Positions 12,173 through 26,400 of a DNA stretch of 64,000 nt are shown in pieces. The position numbers and the translations under genes were made by a program. The notes under the pieces were generated by a model. It saw only the letters and a list, made by a program, of their open reading frames with translations, did not search any database and was not told where the DNA came from. This DNA is from Monocercomonoides exilis PA203 (Eukaryota > Protista > Preaxostyla). The stretch is from positions 1,797,175 to 1,861,174 of the forward strand of contig LSRY02000013.1 in assembly GCA_001643675.2 (NCBI GenBank). The letters run 5' to 3'. Position 1 is the stretch's first letter. Every line of letters starts with the position of its first letter.

Positions 12173-12492
12173 CCAAGCGAAATAGTCTATCAACAATTTT
12201 TATAATATTTTCAAGCTCAATCAAATTCTCCAAATTAAATTTTGATTCATTTTTCTTAAATAACCAAAAAAGATGAAGAACTTTATTACCCTCTTTGGGG
12301 GATTTAAACTTCAGGATTCTTTTTTGCACTTTGTTTTTTCAATTTTATTCAATTGCTTTGTTGCATTTTGAAGTTATGGGGGGAAAAATATTTAATTAAA
12401 GATTCAAACAACTGTTTGTTTTCTCTTTTGTGAAATGGCAAAAAAAGAAAAAATAAAATTTTGAGTTACAAAACAAATAACATCTCATTTAC

Positions 12493-13810
12493 TCAAACAT
12501 TCATAAAATATTCAGATAAGTCTTCAGACAGTATAAAAGGATAATATAATCTGTGATGATATTTAAATCTTTCATGAATGCTTGCGATGATATCTTCTGA
12601 TCCTTCTTCTTCCATCTTTTCAAACACTTTCCTTTTCATCTCTTTTATTTTTGCTTTTTCCATTCCATAACGCTCCTCTTCATTCAATCCACTTGAAATC
12701 GTTTTAAAAAATTCAAAGGCATAAAGTATCATAATGTCATTCAAAGTTGATGGCTTCATTTCTTCCAAATAGAGATCAACAGCTCCGCTTTTCAGCAAGT
12801 CATCAATTTTCACAAATCCTTTATCTGAAGCACATTTCAATGAATAAAGGCAGTGACTACTAATTCCAAAGAAATTATTTCTTGTTGTTCGAAATACTTG
12901 AACAATGCTGTTGATAAGTTCTTCCCATTCCTCGTTGCGCAACGTGGGCCAGGCCATGTAATTGTCAATTGCAACGAACCATCTTCCGATCATCAGCACT
13001 TCTTTCACTTTTTCTTTTTCTTTTTTATCAACTTTTCTCTTCCAATCCACACACTTTGACAGATCTTCCATTTCTCCTGCTGCCGCTCTCACAAAATGCA
13101 GTTCTTTCGTTATCACTTCTTCCAAGCTTTCGTCAGCTTTCAATCTGCAAATCAAAAAGTCCCAAGCACAATGATAGGCGAGTCGCGTCAGATTGTGATT
13201 TTCTTGATGATAAACGATAATTTCTTTGATTTCATTCAGATAAAGTTTTTGTTGGATGAACTTTTAAAAAAATAAAGATAAAAATCAAAAACATCAAAAA
13301 GAAAAAGAGTTTTCATACGCTTAGTCCAAAAGTTGTCAAACCCAACAATGCTATTTCTGCTTCTTTCTCAGTCTCCTTGTTTTCCTCTTTATTCAACGCA
13401 ACTTTTAGAAGGCAAGGCACACAGATCGATAACAATTCAGGTGGGAAATCATGACCAAGAGAAACATAGCATTCACAGAGGTCAATCAGACGCCTTTCGT
13501 TCTTTTCTTCGCTTTTCTTCTCATTTTCATCAATTATCATCTCTTTCATTCTTTTGCAAAAAAAGGTTTCATTAAATGCCAAATCTGAAATGTCTTTCAG
13601 CGCTTTGCAAAATCCAATGTGCTTCAACAACAAAATTGCATTTTCCATCGAAAGTTTCTTTTCTTCTATCATTTTATGTATTTTGTTGAATAGTTCTTCT
13701 GATAAAACGGATTCTAATTCTTCTTCTTCCATTTCATCCAATATCCCATTCATTTCTTCGATAATCTGTTTCTGCTCTGCTTCGGTGAATTGTTCCAACT
13801 GCGAAAGTTT
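12493..13810 (-). CDS. Expanded alpha-helical (ARM/HEAT-like) family protein, copy 1 (spliced)
   Basis: Family motifs SMENAILLLKHIG, DLCECY, VPCLLKVA, DDLLKSGA, EKMEEEG. Phase-0 GT-AG intron at 13261-13318 joins the two ORFs in frame. The 5' exon is not resolved. Confidence 0.75.
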
Positions 13811-14199
13811 CTCTAAAAAAGTGAAAAAATCAAAAGAGAAAAAAGAAGCATTTGTTCATTCAACCATTCATTTCTTATAACACTTTACAAACCAAGAAAT
13901 ATTCGACTTTTTGAAGTTGGCTGTGAAATCACAAAATGAATCAAAAACAACAAATAAATTCATTTTCGAAATATTCGTGTTTTGTTCAAATTAAAAGAAT
14001 TAAAAGAACCAAATCAAATATCTAATAACGCTTTATTCCACACATTTTCATGTGACGTCGATGTCATTTGCATCAAAACAAGCAAATACTTGGATTAAAA
14101 AATCTCCTTTTTGAACAAATTAATAAGGGTGGACAACCTATAATTTTATAACTGATGATTTTTTATTGTGATTTGCCGCAGCAAGAGCATGTTTGAGCT

Positions 14200-15500
14200 G
14201 CTTGTGAGCACTGCCACAGATGCATCAATGCGAGTAATGGCGCTGCAGAAGAACAGGGATTTTGCCTGTGGAGTGAGGAGCGTGTGGCTGTTTGCATCGA
14301 TTGCTTGCAAAAAGTGAATAAGTGTGGGAAGTTGCATGAAATATGAGCATGGTTGTATATTACAAAACATATGATGCAACATTGGCCGCGATATTCTGAA
14401 TGAAAAATAACTCAAGCAAGATGCAGAAAAAGCGAGGAGAATATCAGAAAGATTGAATTGAACCTCTTTGTCATTTTGTAGGAAGTGCAGTGCACTTGGC
14501 ATACTTTTTTGCACAGGATCTGTTTGACAAAGTTTTTGGGGGGAAGGTTGGTTTTATGGAAAAAGAAAGGGAATTGGGGGTTTGAAGAATGGAGGAATCG
14601 AGCAGAATGAAGCACTCAGCAGGCATTTACAACAATCGCATTTGCATTTTGCATGAAGCAAGTTGGAAAGCCATCAGCAAAGACTTGGTGTTGTATAAGT
14701 CTTTGAAAAAGAGTTGATTTCTTGTTTATTTGGAGAATATGAATTTTCATTTGGAATCATGGCCAACTTTACAATGGATTTTCTGCTTTCGATGATCATC
14801 TTTCCCATACATTTATTGTCCAGTTATCTGCTTTTTTTTAAATGGCAAGAGGCAATTTTGGAGAACAAGAAAGCCAGCTGGGCTGATAATTACTAGTCAA
14901 TTGGAGATGGGAAAATATTTCGAGACCAAAAAAAAAGATGGTTTGACTTTTTTTGTTTTGTTCATTTTTCTTTAATGACGCTCTTTTAGTGAATACAGAT
15001 TGGTTACGAACAGGAATACAGCAAAGAGAGAGAAGCCATTTTATCCTTTTTCAAAAGATTCAGAAGTTTGGAAATTAATCTCGTTTGGATTGCATTCAAC
15101 GATAACATTCGTGACTTCTGCCATCTGTTATGCATGTTGCATAACCCGACAATGCTTGATATGAGCTTGAAAGAGAAAAGCAGTTTGCTTGACTTATTTG
15201 TTGAGAGTGTTTGGAAGAAGCGACTCTTTCATCAGAGCAGATGGGCTGGCTGGGCATTCACATTCAAAAAGCATCCAACTTTTTTTTGTGATTTGTCGTA
15301 ACTCTTTGTCATTTCAGAAAGCTGTTTGATGGAAATATGCAACTGGAAGATTTTATGGCAAGACTCGCAATTTTGATGCAATTAGCAGAATTAGATGAAT
15401 TAAATGTGAAAAAAATATTAAAAACTTTGAATTGGAATCAAAAACAGAAGGATTTCCAAAAGGAGAGGAGAAAAAGGAGGGAAGGTGCAGCGATGGACAA
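14200..15500 (+). pseudogene. Decayed multi-exon gene of unknown family
   Basis: Coding-like composition broken by many stops. It resembles the 20.5-21.9 kb segment in style. Boundaries are approximate. Confidence 0.3.
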
Positions 15501-16229
15501 GAAAACATGGGAAAAACCGTTGTGAACAAGAAAAGTGAATTTGAAGAAGACGAAGAAGAAAAGAGAAAAGAGAAAGAGGAAATAAGCTATTTTTAGAAGG
15601 AGAATAGGATATTTTCTAATGAATGAAATGAAAGAAGGAAAGATGTTCGACATTCTGAGGAAAGAAAGCGCAGAGAAAGAAAGCGAGAAAGAAGAAGAAG
15701 ACTTCTTTGAAATCTGCTTTGAGAAAAGAAGGGGAAAATTTTTTTGAATTAATTATTCCGGCAAACTTCCCAAAAGATGAGCCGAAAGGGGAAATTTTCA
15801 TGGAGAAAAATGAATAAAGTGGATTAGAAGAAAAAGAAGAAAGATAAAAAGGCAAAAGCGGAGAAAATCAAGCAAAGAGTGATATTTCTCCGGATGAAAC
15901 TAATTCTCCGGAAGTGGTTCTCCTTTGTTAACATGAGGAATTTTGAGGATATCAGCAGGAAAAGCGAAGAGTAATTATCAAAAGAAGAAAAATAAGAAAG
16001 GAGTTATTTCTCATCAGATGATTTGTGCGAAGAGGTTTCAAATTTTTTAAACAGGTTAAAGAGAGAAAGAGAAAAGATTACCCAATGAAACATAAATAAA
16101 GAAGGAAAAAGATGAATAGAAATGAGAGAAAGGAAGAAAAAAAAGGGAAAGTTGAAATGGAAAAATATAAGGAAAAAGAAAGTTATTTCTCCGTTTTCTC
16201 TCAATTTACATAAAAGGTGGGGAGTCTGA

Positions 16230-17235
16230 TTACTCTTCCGCTTCGTCTTCAGCTTCTCCTTCAGCTTCTTCTTCTTTTTCTTCTTCCTCTTCTTCCTCTT
16301 CTTCCTCTTCCGCTTCGTCTTCAGCTTCTCCTTCAGCTTCTTCTTCTTTTTCCTCTTCCTCCTCCTCCTCCTTCTCTTCTTCTTCTTCTTCTTCTTCTTC
16401 TTCTTCTTCTTCTCTCTTCATCCTCTTCTTCCTCTTTTCGTTTTTCCATCACCATCAGCTCAATAGTTGCAGGCAACAGAAGCACATCCACCATCATCTG
16501 CTCAGCTGCCTCCATCCCCTTCTCCAATTCCTTCTCCACAATATCTCCAACTTCACACACTGCAGCCATTCTCCGCATCACTTCCTTTTTCCACTTCACC
16601 ACCACACGCATCGACTGTTGCAACAGCAATGCAAGTCGCACGATCATCGAAGGGAGCAGCGACTGGTCAAACAGATCGAAGATCGAAGGAAATGCTGTTC
16701 ACATCATCTGCCTCAAATATCCTCTTCCTTCTTTGACTGCGCTCCCACAGAGTATGCATGAGACGAAAGCGGAGCTGTCAACAAAACTGAAAGGAACATA
16801 GAAAATTCCACATGTCTCACCAAAAAATTCAATCATAGCGTCTGAGGGAACAGAAGCATCAACAGCAACAGCGACGTGCACTGTTCATTCACTACGGCTG
16901 CCTCAGGCACCACAATTTGCAGCCACCTCTCAATATCATCCATTTCTGTTAATGATAAGTTTGTTGCAGCTCTGGCTGAAGAATGCGAAGAACTGATTGC
17001 AAGCACCGATGAAGATGATGATGGCTATTTATCCTCTGCCACCTTCTCCACTCCACTTCGACGTTGAATAAATAGAGATGAAGAAGACGAAGATGACGAA
17101 AACGCTGAGAGAAGATACGATTGCTGCGCTTCCCCGGCAACCAGAAGCTTTTTTTCGATTCTCCATCACTTCCGTTAGCGTCTCCATCAGAAGATCAAGC
17201 TCAATATAAGCATTTTGATCACAAAGGACAATCAC
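16230..17235 (-). pseudogene. Decayed gene with acidic low-complexity tail; paralog of 31892-32520
   Basis: AFPSIFDLFDQSLLPSMIVRL..RVVVKWKKEVMRRMAAVCEVGDIVEK matches AFPKIYDPFDLTLLHSAITRL..RVVVKLDDEVMGRGVAVC*VWEIVEK at 32.3-32.5 kb. In-frame stop at ~16699. ~75-bp tandem duplication at 16232-16350. Confidence 0.55.
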
Positions 17236-18739
17236 CTATGAGTTTTCGCAGTGTTCGAGGGGAGGGAATAGATGGATCGGAGTTGCTTTTATTCAAAGAA
17301 TTGAAGTGAAAAGAGGAGGAGGAGGAGGAGGAAGAAGAAAAGGATGATTGTGTATGTGATGATGAAGCCTTGTGAGGCAGATGAGGAGTTTGCAGAAGAT
17401 TGAAAATGTTTTTTTGTTGATTTTTCTGCAGCAAAAGAAGAAGTTGTATCAGAATCAGATTATGGTGCTTGTGAAAATATTGGAAAGCAGAAGAAATAAA
17501 GAAAAATATTGAAAACTGATTTAAAAAAAATGTTAGGAAGGTTTGCAATTATTTTTGATATTTTTGAATTGTTATTTTTTTATTCAGTGAATTTTCAAAA
17601 AATAATGAGGAATCAGATAAATTCAAAGAAGAAAGAAAGAGATGAAATAATTTTCCCACAGCAGAGAAAGCTATGTGCTATTTTTGAGAATTCAACTTGG
17701 ATGGTGAATGATGAACTGGCTTTATCTGGGCCTTTCATTTTTTGTTTGCAATCCCACTCAAACAAGCTGAAAAGAGGGAGAAGAAAAGGATTATAGCAAC
17801 ACACTGTTCCATATCCAGCTGAATCAACAAGGTATATTGTGGAAATTCGTCTTTTGAAGGTTTTCATTGTTCGGTGTTACTTCATTTGATTACACTCCTA
17901 TCACAGCTGAAATATTTCAATGTTCAATGATTCTGTCAAGCTGCTTGCCAAATTCTTCACAAATGGAACCATGAATGTTGGGAAAGCTTCTTTAGTTAAG
18001 TTTTTAGCTGGAAATACGACTGAAGACTGTTCACTTAACATAATTTCGACATTAGACACACCAACAGAGCGAGACTTTTTTGTCTTCATCATCATCTTCT
18101 TCTTCAACAAAATACAATCTTTTTTTTTCAGTTTCCACAAGCATGGGAGGTGCAAGGGATGATTCAGATGGAATTTGTTCGGTTGCGCAAAATGAAAAAA
18201 AGAGCACTTAAATCACAGAACAGCAAAAGAGATGCATGTGATGATGGAGAAAATGAAGAGAAAGAAGAAGAGGAAAGAGAGACAGAAAGTTAACAGAAGA
18301 AGAATTTGGGTTTTTGTGATTGAGAATAGTCTGAAGAATGATCATTCACCAAAAGAAATAACTTTTTTCTTCATAAGGTTTTGATTTTGTTTCTTCAGAT
18401 AACTGAAATCATGTGAAACAAGGAATAACAAGGGAAGAAGCGAAAGGAACGCAAAACCACTCAAAGGAGCGGAGAAGAGACTTTTCAAGTTGATGGATGA
18501 TAAAGGACTCATTGATTTTTGTATCATGAAACTTGATGAACAGACAAATCATTTGAAAAAGAAGAAAATGGAAGACTTTTTAATTTTCTTTCTTTTTTTT
18601 TTCCCTTCATTTCATCAAAATGAAGCGGAATAAAAAATTATAAAAAAAAAAAAGACTCAAATGATTGCTTTCGATTTTCCAACATGATGAAAAGAAAAAT
18701 ATATGTTTTGTGTAAAGAAATTCATCGAAGTTCATTTCC

Positions 18740-20140
18740 TCAAACATTCACAAAATAATCAGAAATTTTCAACGATAGACCATAATAATATCGTCAGTTA
18801 AAAATCTTTAAAGTTTTATGAAAGCTGGTGATGGTATCTTCGTATCCTTCTTCTTCCATCTTATCAATAATCTTCCTTTTCGTCGCCTTTCTTTCCTCTT
18901 CTTCCGTTTTATTATCCACCTTTTCGTTCAATCTTTCCGAAACATTCATAAAGAATTGTAAGCAATCAAATCTCAAACATTCATTCAACGTTGGCCGCTG
19001 CATCCCCTCCAAAACAGCTTCCACAGCTCCTCCTTTCAATAAGTATTCAACTTTCACAACTCTATTTTCTGCTGCATTTCTCAAGGAAGAAATGCATTGA
19101 TCGCTAATATCTCTGCGATTATCCTTCACTGCTCGTAACACTTTAACAATACTTTTGATCAGCCCTTCATTTTCTTCATTCTCTAATTTGCATATGCAAA
19201 AATAAACCACGATTGTTTGCAGACATCTCAACAAAATTAGCTCTTCTTTCGCTTCCTTTCCTCCTTCCTCTCCGTTTTTTCTGTTCCAATCCACACATTT
19301 AATCAACTCTTCCAGTTCTCTTGCTGCTTCTCTTCCAAAATGCAGCTTATTCATGATATTACCTTTCAAGAAGTAATCATTGAAGTATCTGTATATAAAA
19401 AATTTCCAAGTAGACTGATAGGCCAGTTGTGAAAGATTTCTGTGTTTTTGCTGATGTTCAATGATTTCTGTAATTTCCTTCAAATACAGTTCTTGCCTTA
19501 AAAACTAATTAGAAATAAGAAAAATAAGAAAAATATCAAATGGAAATAGAAATGTTCATACGTAATGCCTGTTGATCCTGCTCAAAGCCAGCAAAGCAAT
19601 TTCCACTTCCTTTTGCGTTTCATCATTTTCCTCTTTCTTCAATGTAGCTTTCAGGAGGCAAGGCACACACGTTAAAATCAAATCCAAAGATGGAAATTCG
19701 ATGTAAAACAAAAGATAGCATTCACAAAGATCAACAAGAAGCTTTTCATTCTTTTCTTCTTTCTTATCTTCCTCAACAATCATCTTTTTAAATCTTCTGC
19801 TAAGTGAAGATTTTTCAAAGAATAGATTCCACACGTTTTTCAGCACATTGCAATACCCAACATGATTCAGCAGCAAAATTGCATTTTCCATTGACATTTT
19901 CTTTTCTACAATCATTTTGTCTATTTTATTGAACATTCTTGTTGTAAAGACAGATTTATGTTCTTCTTCATTCATTCCATCAATTATTTCATTCATTTCT
20001 CCGATTTTCTTTCTCTGTTCATCTTCATTGCAATGCTCAAGTTCACAAAACAATTCTGAGAATAGAAAATAGTTAAATCAGAATAAGCCAGAATTCAAAT
20101 GCAACAATGAATGCAAACCATTGAACTTTTTTGTGTTGTC
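18740..20140 (-). pseudogene. ARM-like family copy 2 (premature stop near the C-terminus)
   Basis: Same motifs as copy 1. Intron 19505-19561 is in frame. A TGA at 18794 precedes the family C-terminus ..LSLKISDYFVNV*, which ends at 18740. No in-frame ATG was found in the presumed first exon. Confidence 0.65.
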
Positions 20141-20549
20141 CGTCTCCTATATTTTTTGTAGAAATTTTCATTCAGAAAACAACACCATTTTGATATTCAC
20201 AATGAAAGTTCATTTGATTGGATTGGAGAAAACAGATGAAAAATGAAAACTCACAAAAGATGAAAGAAATATATGCATTCAAACCATTCTATCTTTTGAT
20301 AACTTTTTCGACTTGTAATTTCAAAGAAAAAGAACGCTTTGTTCTTTCTCTTTGTTGTTATGGATATTATGATCAAATTGGATATTTCGATTTGGAATAC
20401 TCATGAACAAAGCGAGAGATCAATTAATAAACATTTCACAAATAATTAGAAGAATTATTTCCAATGATGGAAACTAGAAATCGTGGAAATGCAATAATTT
20501 TGTTATTCAATCTTTTGAATTATTGAGATTCGTTGTCCAAGGAAAATAT

Positions 20550-21900
20550 CGATTTTCATTTTGAAAAGACATTTCTGAACGTGTGCATTTTATATTGTTC
20601 TATTGATTGTGAAGATATTTCCGTCTGTATCCTTTCCAAAGTGCAGGAATCCGAATTATTGTTGAAATGGCCTATTTTCTCTTTGGAGGTTAATGCGATG
20701 AGAATAGAGCAGATTATTAAATAGCAATTGGGAAATAAATGAAGTTACGGAAGATATACGATTTTTATTTGGAGCAAGAGGTGAAAACAAATTCAACTGA
20801 TGTTTTGTTGAATGAAGATTTATGGATGGAATTCTGCGAAGGATAAAATCTGCACAAAATTGTATAGCATTTTGGAATGTTAGGAAGGGGGAGCAGTTTG
20901 GGGTATTTTTTGTCAAGGAAAGTGGCAGGCAATATCGAGGGAAGGATATTAATCACAAAAAAAGGCAAGAATTCAAAGGAAAAAAGGAGAGCCCCAAAAT
21001 ATCAGTTTTAATTATAAGGTTTTCCTGTTTCTCGGACTGCACCAGGCAGACATGGAAGGCTGCGAAATTATGTTTCTGATTCCGCTTTTGCTTCAAAAGA
21101 GTGGAGAAACGCCAACTACGAGACATCCAATTATCAAATATTTGCTTGCAGTTGAACAACATTCAGGCCAACCGCTTTTGGATTTCATTCTTCGAAGGGA
21201 CAGCCATTTTGAGCAAGCAAGGCGATTATCATTCGAAGTTTGCTTTCTTCGACACCACAGGCAACTACAGAAAAATACAGAATATTTGTATCAGCCTCTT
21301 CAAGCGCAGCCATCCAGAGATTTTATTGTTGTGCTCCATTTGCGTAGCATCGATGCGGAGTTGATTTATGGGGACTTTGTTGTTTCGCATTGGGTGCGCT
21401 GAGGTGTTTGCAAACGTTAGACAAGACGGCCATGTTTTCTCAGACGAACATCGAGAGTGAGCAATTTCTCTGAAGACTGTTTAATTTATTTATTTCTGAT
21501 TGTTATGATGTTGGTTTGTGTTTATCTTGTGTTGCGGCTTCTATTAGAAATGGTTTTTAAAAATGGAGAATTCTTCAGATTCTGCTTTCAAGCGAACCTG
21601 TTTTCTGGTACTTATTGAGTTCACTTTGCTGCTCGTGCTCCAACAAGAAGAATGAAGCGTCACACATTTGTCTTCTTTTCATGTTGCAGTAATTATTGAA
21701 GCAGTGGCATTTTTTTATGCGTGAATGTTTCTACAGAGAGTGGTAGCTAATGCAATGAGATGGGGAATTCAATTGTTTGCCGGCTTGAGACAGCAGTTGT
21801 TGTGTAAGAAAAACAAAAGAATGCTTCGATCAGTGCAGGACAAGGGAGACATGTGTTGCGATGTGGGAACTTTGGAGGAAACATATGAAAACGAAAGAAA
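20550..21900 (+). pseudogene. Decayed multi-exon gene of unknown family
   Basis: The 116-aa exon-like ORF 21052-21402 is flanked by short intron-like AT tracts and broken ORFs. Boundaries are approximate. Confidence 0.35.
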
Positions 21901-22125
21901 AAGGAAAGAAAGGACAGAAATGAGAGAAAGAAGAAGCAGAAACAGAAGAAGAGAAAGAGAAAGAGGAGGAAGAAGAAGAAGAAGAAGAAGAAGATGATGA
22001 TGATGATGAAAAAGAAGAAGAAGAAGAAGAAGAAGAAGAAGAAGAAGAAGAAGAAGAAGAAGAAAGATGGGAAAGTGAAAAAAGAAGAAGAAAGAGGAGA
22101 AGAAAGAAGAAGAAGTTGAAGAAAA
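21890..22125. repeat. (GAA)n/(GAT)n purine-rich microsatellite
   Basis: Seen directly. Confidence 0.9.
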
Positions 22126-22434
22126 GGATAAAATGAAAAGACTGATTTTGAGCAGATGGCATTTCATTTCCAACGTTGCGAATGACAGTTGAGAAGAAGA
22201 GGAACAATTGAAATTATTTTCTTTCCAATTTGCTGTGCTGCCGATTGATAAGCATCAACACATTGGAAGGTCTGTTCTCTGATCCAATGTCAAATGAGAG
22301 GAATTATAAAAAGAGGAAGAAGAAGAAGTGGAAGAAGAAGAAGAAGAAGATGATGATGATGAAGCTTGTGCTGAATGATTAGAATGCAACACAATAACAG
22401 CATTTGCACACAAAATTCATTCATCAGCAGATAT

Positions 22435-22467
<33 letters not shown>

Positions 22468-23789
22468 GAAGCTGAAAGAGAAATGGAATGAAATGAGTTG
22501 GATGGAGCTCTTCTGGAGGAAGTTGAACGACAAATGTGGACAAGACTCATTTGAAGAAAATGAAGAAATGATGAACAGATACGAATTTCATAACATCCAA
22601 CAGCAGCAACAGACAGCAGTTTTATTTTGTGTTGCAACATGAGAATTTGATGGTTATTCAAACAACAAAATTCTCAAATAAGATGAAGCTGCTCTTCACC
22701 ACAACCAAGCATTAAATATCATCAATGAAGAGATCGAAGGAGAAGGAAAAGGAGAAGAAAACTCATTGCTTGCAAAAATGCTGCTTGAAATGGATCGTTC
22801 CTGAAAATGACGCTCAACATGAAAAAAAAGCTGTTCATTGGAATGGAAATAAAAAGACAAATAATAAAAATAATTGGCTTTAGGTTGATAATAAAAATTC
22901 CTCAAAAGAACACACCTTTCCTTTCTATCGCAAATGCAGAGGATTGTCCAATCACTGATGCTGTCAATCTCCTTTTCCATTGTTTCCCAGTGCTCCTTTC
23001 TCCATCATCCTTTTTTCTCACACAAATATTCTGCTTTTGATGTTATCATCAACTTTTTTTTCTGAAAAAAATATCTCCGAATTTTATTCTTTCCAAGAGC
23101 TGTTCAATTGTTGGTATTGTTAGTTTCATTCTCAACCAAATACTTTGAAATCGAATTTGTTTTCTTCTCCTCTCCCAACTGAATGCGAAAAACATGCAAC
23201 CCTCATTCGAATAATTATTTCTCGCCATCCAGCTCTCTTCTGATTTTCTCCTCAGAAAAACATAAAATTTGCGATTTTTAAAATTTATCAGATTCTTGGG
23301 CTCTGAAAAGATGATTTATAAAAAAATCTTCAAAACAAACAGGAACAATAAAAAACGCATACATGCAAATATTTTGATTTTCAAAAAAATGTTGAATTTC
23401 CTTCAATGATGCTTTTCATAAAAACCATCTCGCACAATTCCATCATCAATTCCCCTCTTTCGCTGTCTCGTGCAGCCTCTCAAAATAATATCGTCCATTC
23501 CACAGAAAATATTCGCTCATTTTAGCAAGGAATATTTTTGATCTTTCAAATCTGATGATCTGAATTTCCATTACTGCAAACAAGAAAATAGATTTATCGT
23601 TTTTTTCTTTCTTTCTTTCTTTGTAACGACTTTCCAAATAACACTAACAACGCAGAATGGTATAACAACTTATGCTTTCATGATTATTTTGAGCTTTTGT
23701 TTTGCGCCGATTTCTTCTTTCCAATGATATCTGAATTCAAATCAAATGACGAATTTGAGTGGTTTTCTGTCTGCAATGCTTTTTCAAAA

Positions 23790-25198
23790 ATGCAGACAAC
23801 GAGTAGAATCAAAAGGTTTAATGGTTTGTGCTTGTTATTGCATTTGAATTCATGATTATTGTGATTTAATTTATTCTTTATTTATTTGAAGAATTGTTTT
23901 CTGGATTGGAAGATTGTGATGAAGATGAACAGAGAAAGAAAATAGGAGAAATGAATGAAATACTTGATGGAATGAATAAGGAAGAATTTGAATCTGTTTT
24001 CACAACAAGAATGTTCTACAAAATATGCAAAATGATTGAAGAAAAGAAACTATCAATAGAAAATGCAATTTTGCTGCTGAAGCATGTAGGATATTGCGAT
24101 GTGCTGAAAAATTTTTGGAATCCATTCGTTGAAAAATCTTTGTTGAACAAAAGATTCGAACAGATGATTTTTGAAGAGGAAGAGAAAAAAGAAAGAACGA
24201 ACGAAAAGCTTTTGATTGATCTTTGCGAATGCTATCTTTTGCTGAACGGGTGTGCTTCTTCAGAGTTGATTTCAATTTGTGTCCCTTGCCTTCTGGAAGC
24301 TGCATTGAAGAAAGATGAAAGCGAGGAGACCCGAAAAGAAAAGGAAATTGCTTTATTAGCTTTAAGTCACATTGACAGGCATTACGTATGAACATTGTTA
24401 TTTCCTTTTTGATATTATTGCTATTTTCTAATTTCTAATTAGTGTTTAAGGCAAGAACTATATTTGAAGGAAATAACAGAAATTATCAAAAATCATCAGG
24501 AGCATCGCAACCTAACGCAACTTGCCTATCAATCCGCTTGGTCATATTTGATATGCAGATCTTATTACTGCAAAAGCCTGGAAGATGTTGTTGTGAATGA
24601 GCTGCATTTTATACGAGAGTCAATCAGAGAACTGGAAGAGTTGTGGAAGAGTGTGGATTGGAAGAGAAAAGAAGAAGTAAATGGAAGAATAGAAGTGATG
24701 ATAATCAGGAGATGGCTCAATGAGGTTTATGATTTCTTCGATTCAAGCATGTTGTGGAACGAAGAATTTGCTGGACTCATTGGCAGCATTGTTCAAGTAT
24801 TTCGAGCAGCAAAAGGGAATAATGGAGTAATTTGCAATCTCTGCATTTATTCCTTGAGAAATGCATCAGAAAAGAGAGTTGTGAGAGTTGAAGACTTGTT
24901 GAAAAGTGGCGCTATTGATGCTGTTTTGGATGAGATGCAGCGACCGAAATTGTATGACAACATAGCGTATGAATGCTTTCAATTCTTTATGAATGTTTCG
25001 AAGAAATTGAAAGAAAAGACGGATAACAAAATGGAAGAAGTTAAAAGAAAGGCAACGAAAATGGAGACATTTGAAAAGCTGGAGGAAGAAGGATATGAAG
25101 ATACAATCGCATGCTTTCATAAAATATTTGAATTTATCAATAAAAAATATTATGATGATTTATCTTTGAGTATTTCAGATTATCTTGTGAATATTTGA
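23790..25198 (+). CDS. ARM-like family copy 3, apparently intact, 3 exons
   Basis: ATG at 23790 (MQTTSRIKRFN). Introns 23824-23891 (GTTTGT..GAAG) and 24386-24442 (GTATGA..TTAG) both splice in frame. Ends ..SISDYLVNI*. Confidence 0.8.
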
Positions 25199-26009
25199 GG
25201 AAATACACTGTATTTTGTAACTCTTTGTTTTCAGTTTTCTCATTTTTCATTCATTTCACAAAACGGTACAAAATTTTATTTTCATATGTTAAAGTGATTT
25301 ATTATCCAGATTCATCAAAATGAAGTGAAGAAATAACAACAAAAAAAAAATTCAGTTTTTTATTTACAAGTGAAAATAATTAAAATTATTAAAAATCATG
25401 AATTTCTCCATTTTCTTCTTTCTTTCACCAAAGTTCTTCCCAAAATGAATTCACAAATGGTTTTTATTTCAAATTCTTCATTCTTTCTTTTGATTGATTT
25501 TCTCAAAACAACCTCTTTTCAGCTCATTGGCAAAAAAAAGTTTTGTTATCTCAATTCTTCCTTTGTTTTCAAGGAATATCAGAAACCCTCAGAGAATGTT
25601 GAAAACACAACAAAAACAGCAAACAACGATGCTGATGCTGCTTCAAGTGAAGAGAAGCATTCAACCCAAACGCTTTCCTCTGCCCGTTTCCTCATTCTTC
25701 ATCATTTCCATTTCCAAAAGTTAAAACAATCCGTTTGCAGCATCTGAAGGCAACAAAAAAATGTTAAATTTGAAAATCGGAGAAGAGGAAGAAATTCTGA
25801 TGGGAGTTTTGATGCATCCCTTGAAGATTGAGAGAAAAAGAGAAAGAGAGAAGAATTAAAATAAAAATCGAAATCGAATTGTTCATTTGAGTTGAAGGGC
25901 TTTTTGTGAAGATATTGAAATAAGAAATGTTTCTTGAATTGGAAGAAGAAAAGAAGAAAACAAAGATGATGGAAATAAAGTTGAGCATTCTGAATAATAG
26001 GAAGATAAA

Positions 26010-26325
26010 GACGAAGATGAAGAAGAGGAGGATGAAGAGGAGGAGGAAGAGGAGGAGGAGGAGAAGAAGAAGAAGAAAAAGAAGAAGAAGATAAAGATGT
26101 GTTGCTGGAGATGGAAGAAGAACGAGAATGAATAGTATAATGTTTGGGAGATGAATAACTTCCAACAGAGGAGGAAGAAGAGGAGGAAGAAGAAGATGAC
26201 GATAGAGATGATAATGATAATGATGATGACATAAAGCCAGACGAAGAAGAAGAAGAAGAAGAAGAAGAATTGTTGGAATTGGAAGAGCCTATATTTTTAT
26301 CAGGCGAAGAAACAGAAGAGGAAAT

Positions 26326-26364
<39 letters not shown>

Positions 26365-26400
26365 AGAAGAGGAAGAGGAAGAAGAAGAAGAAGAAGAATT
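26010..26400. repeat. (GAA/GAG)n low-complexity tracts within a decayed acidic gene
   Basis: Seen directly. Confidence 0.75.
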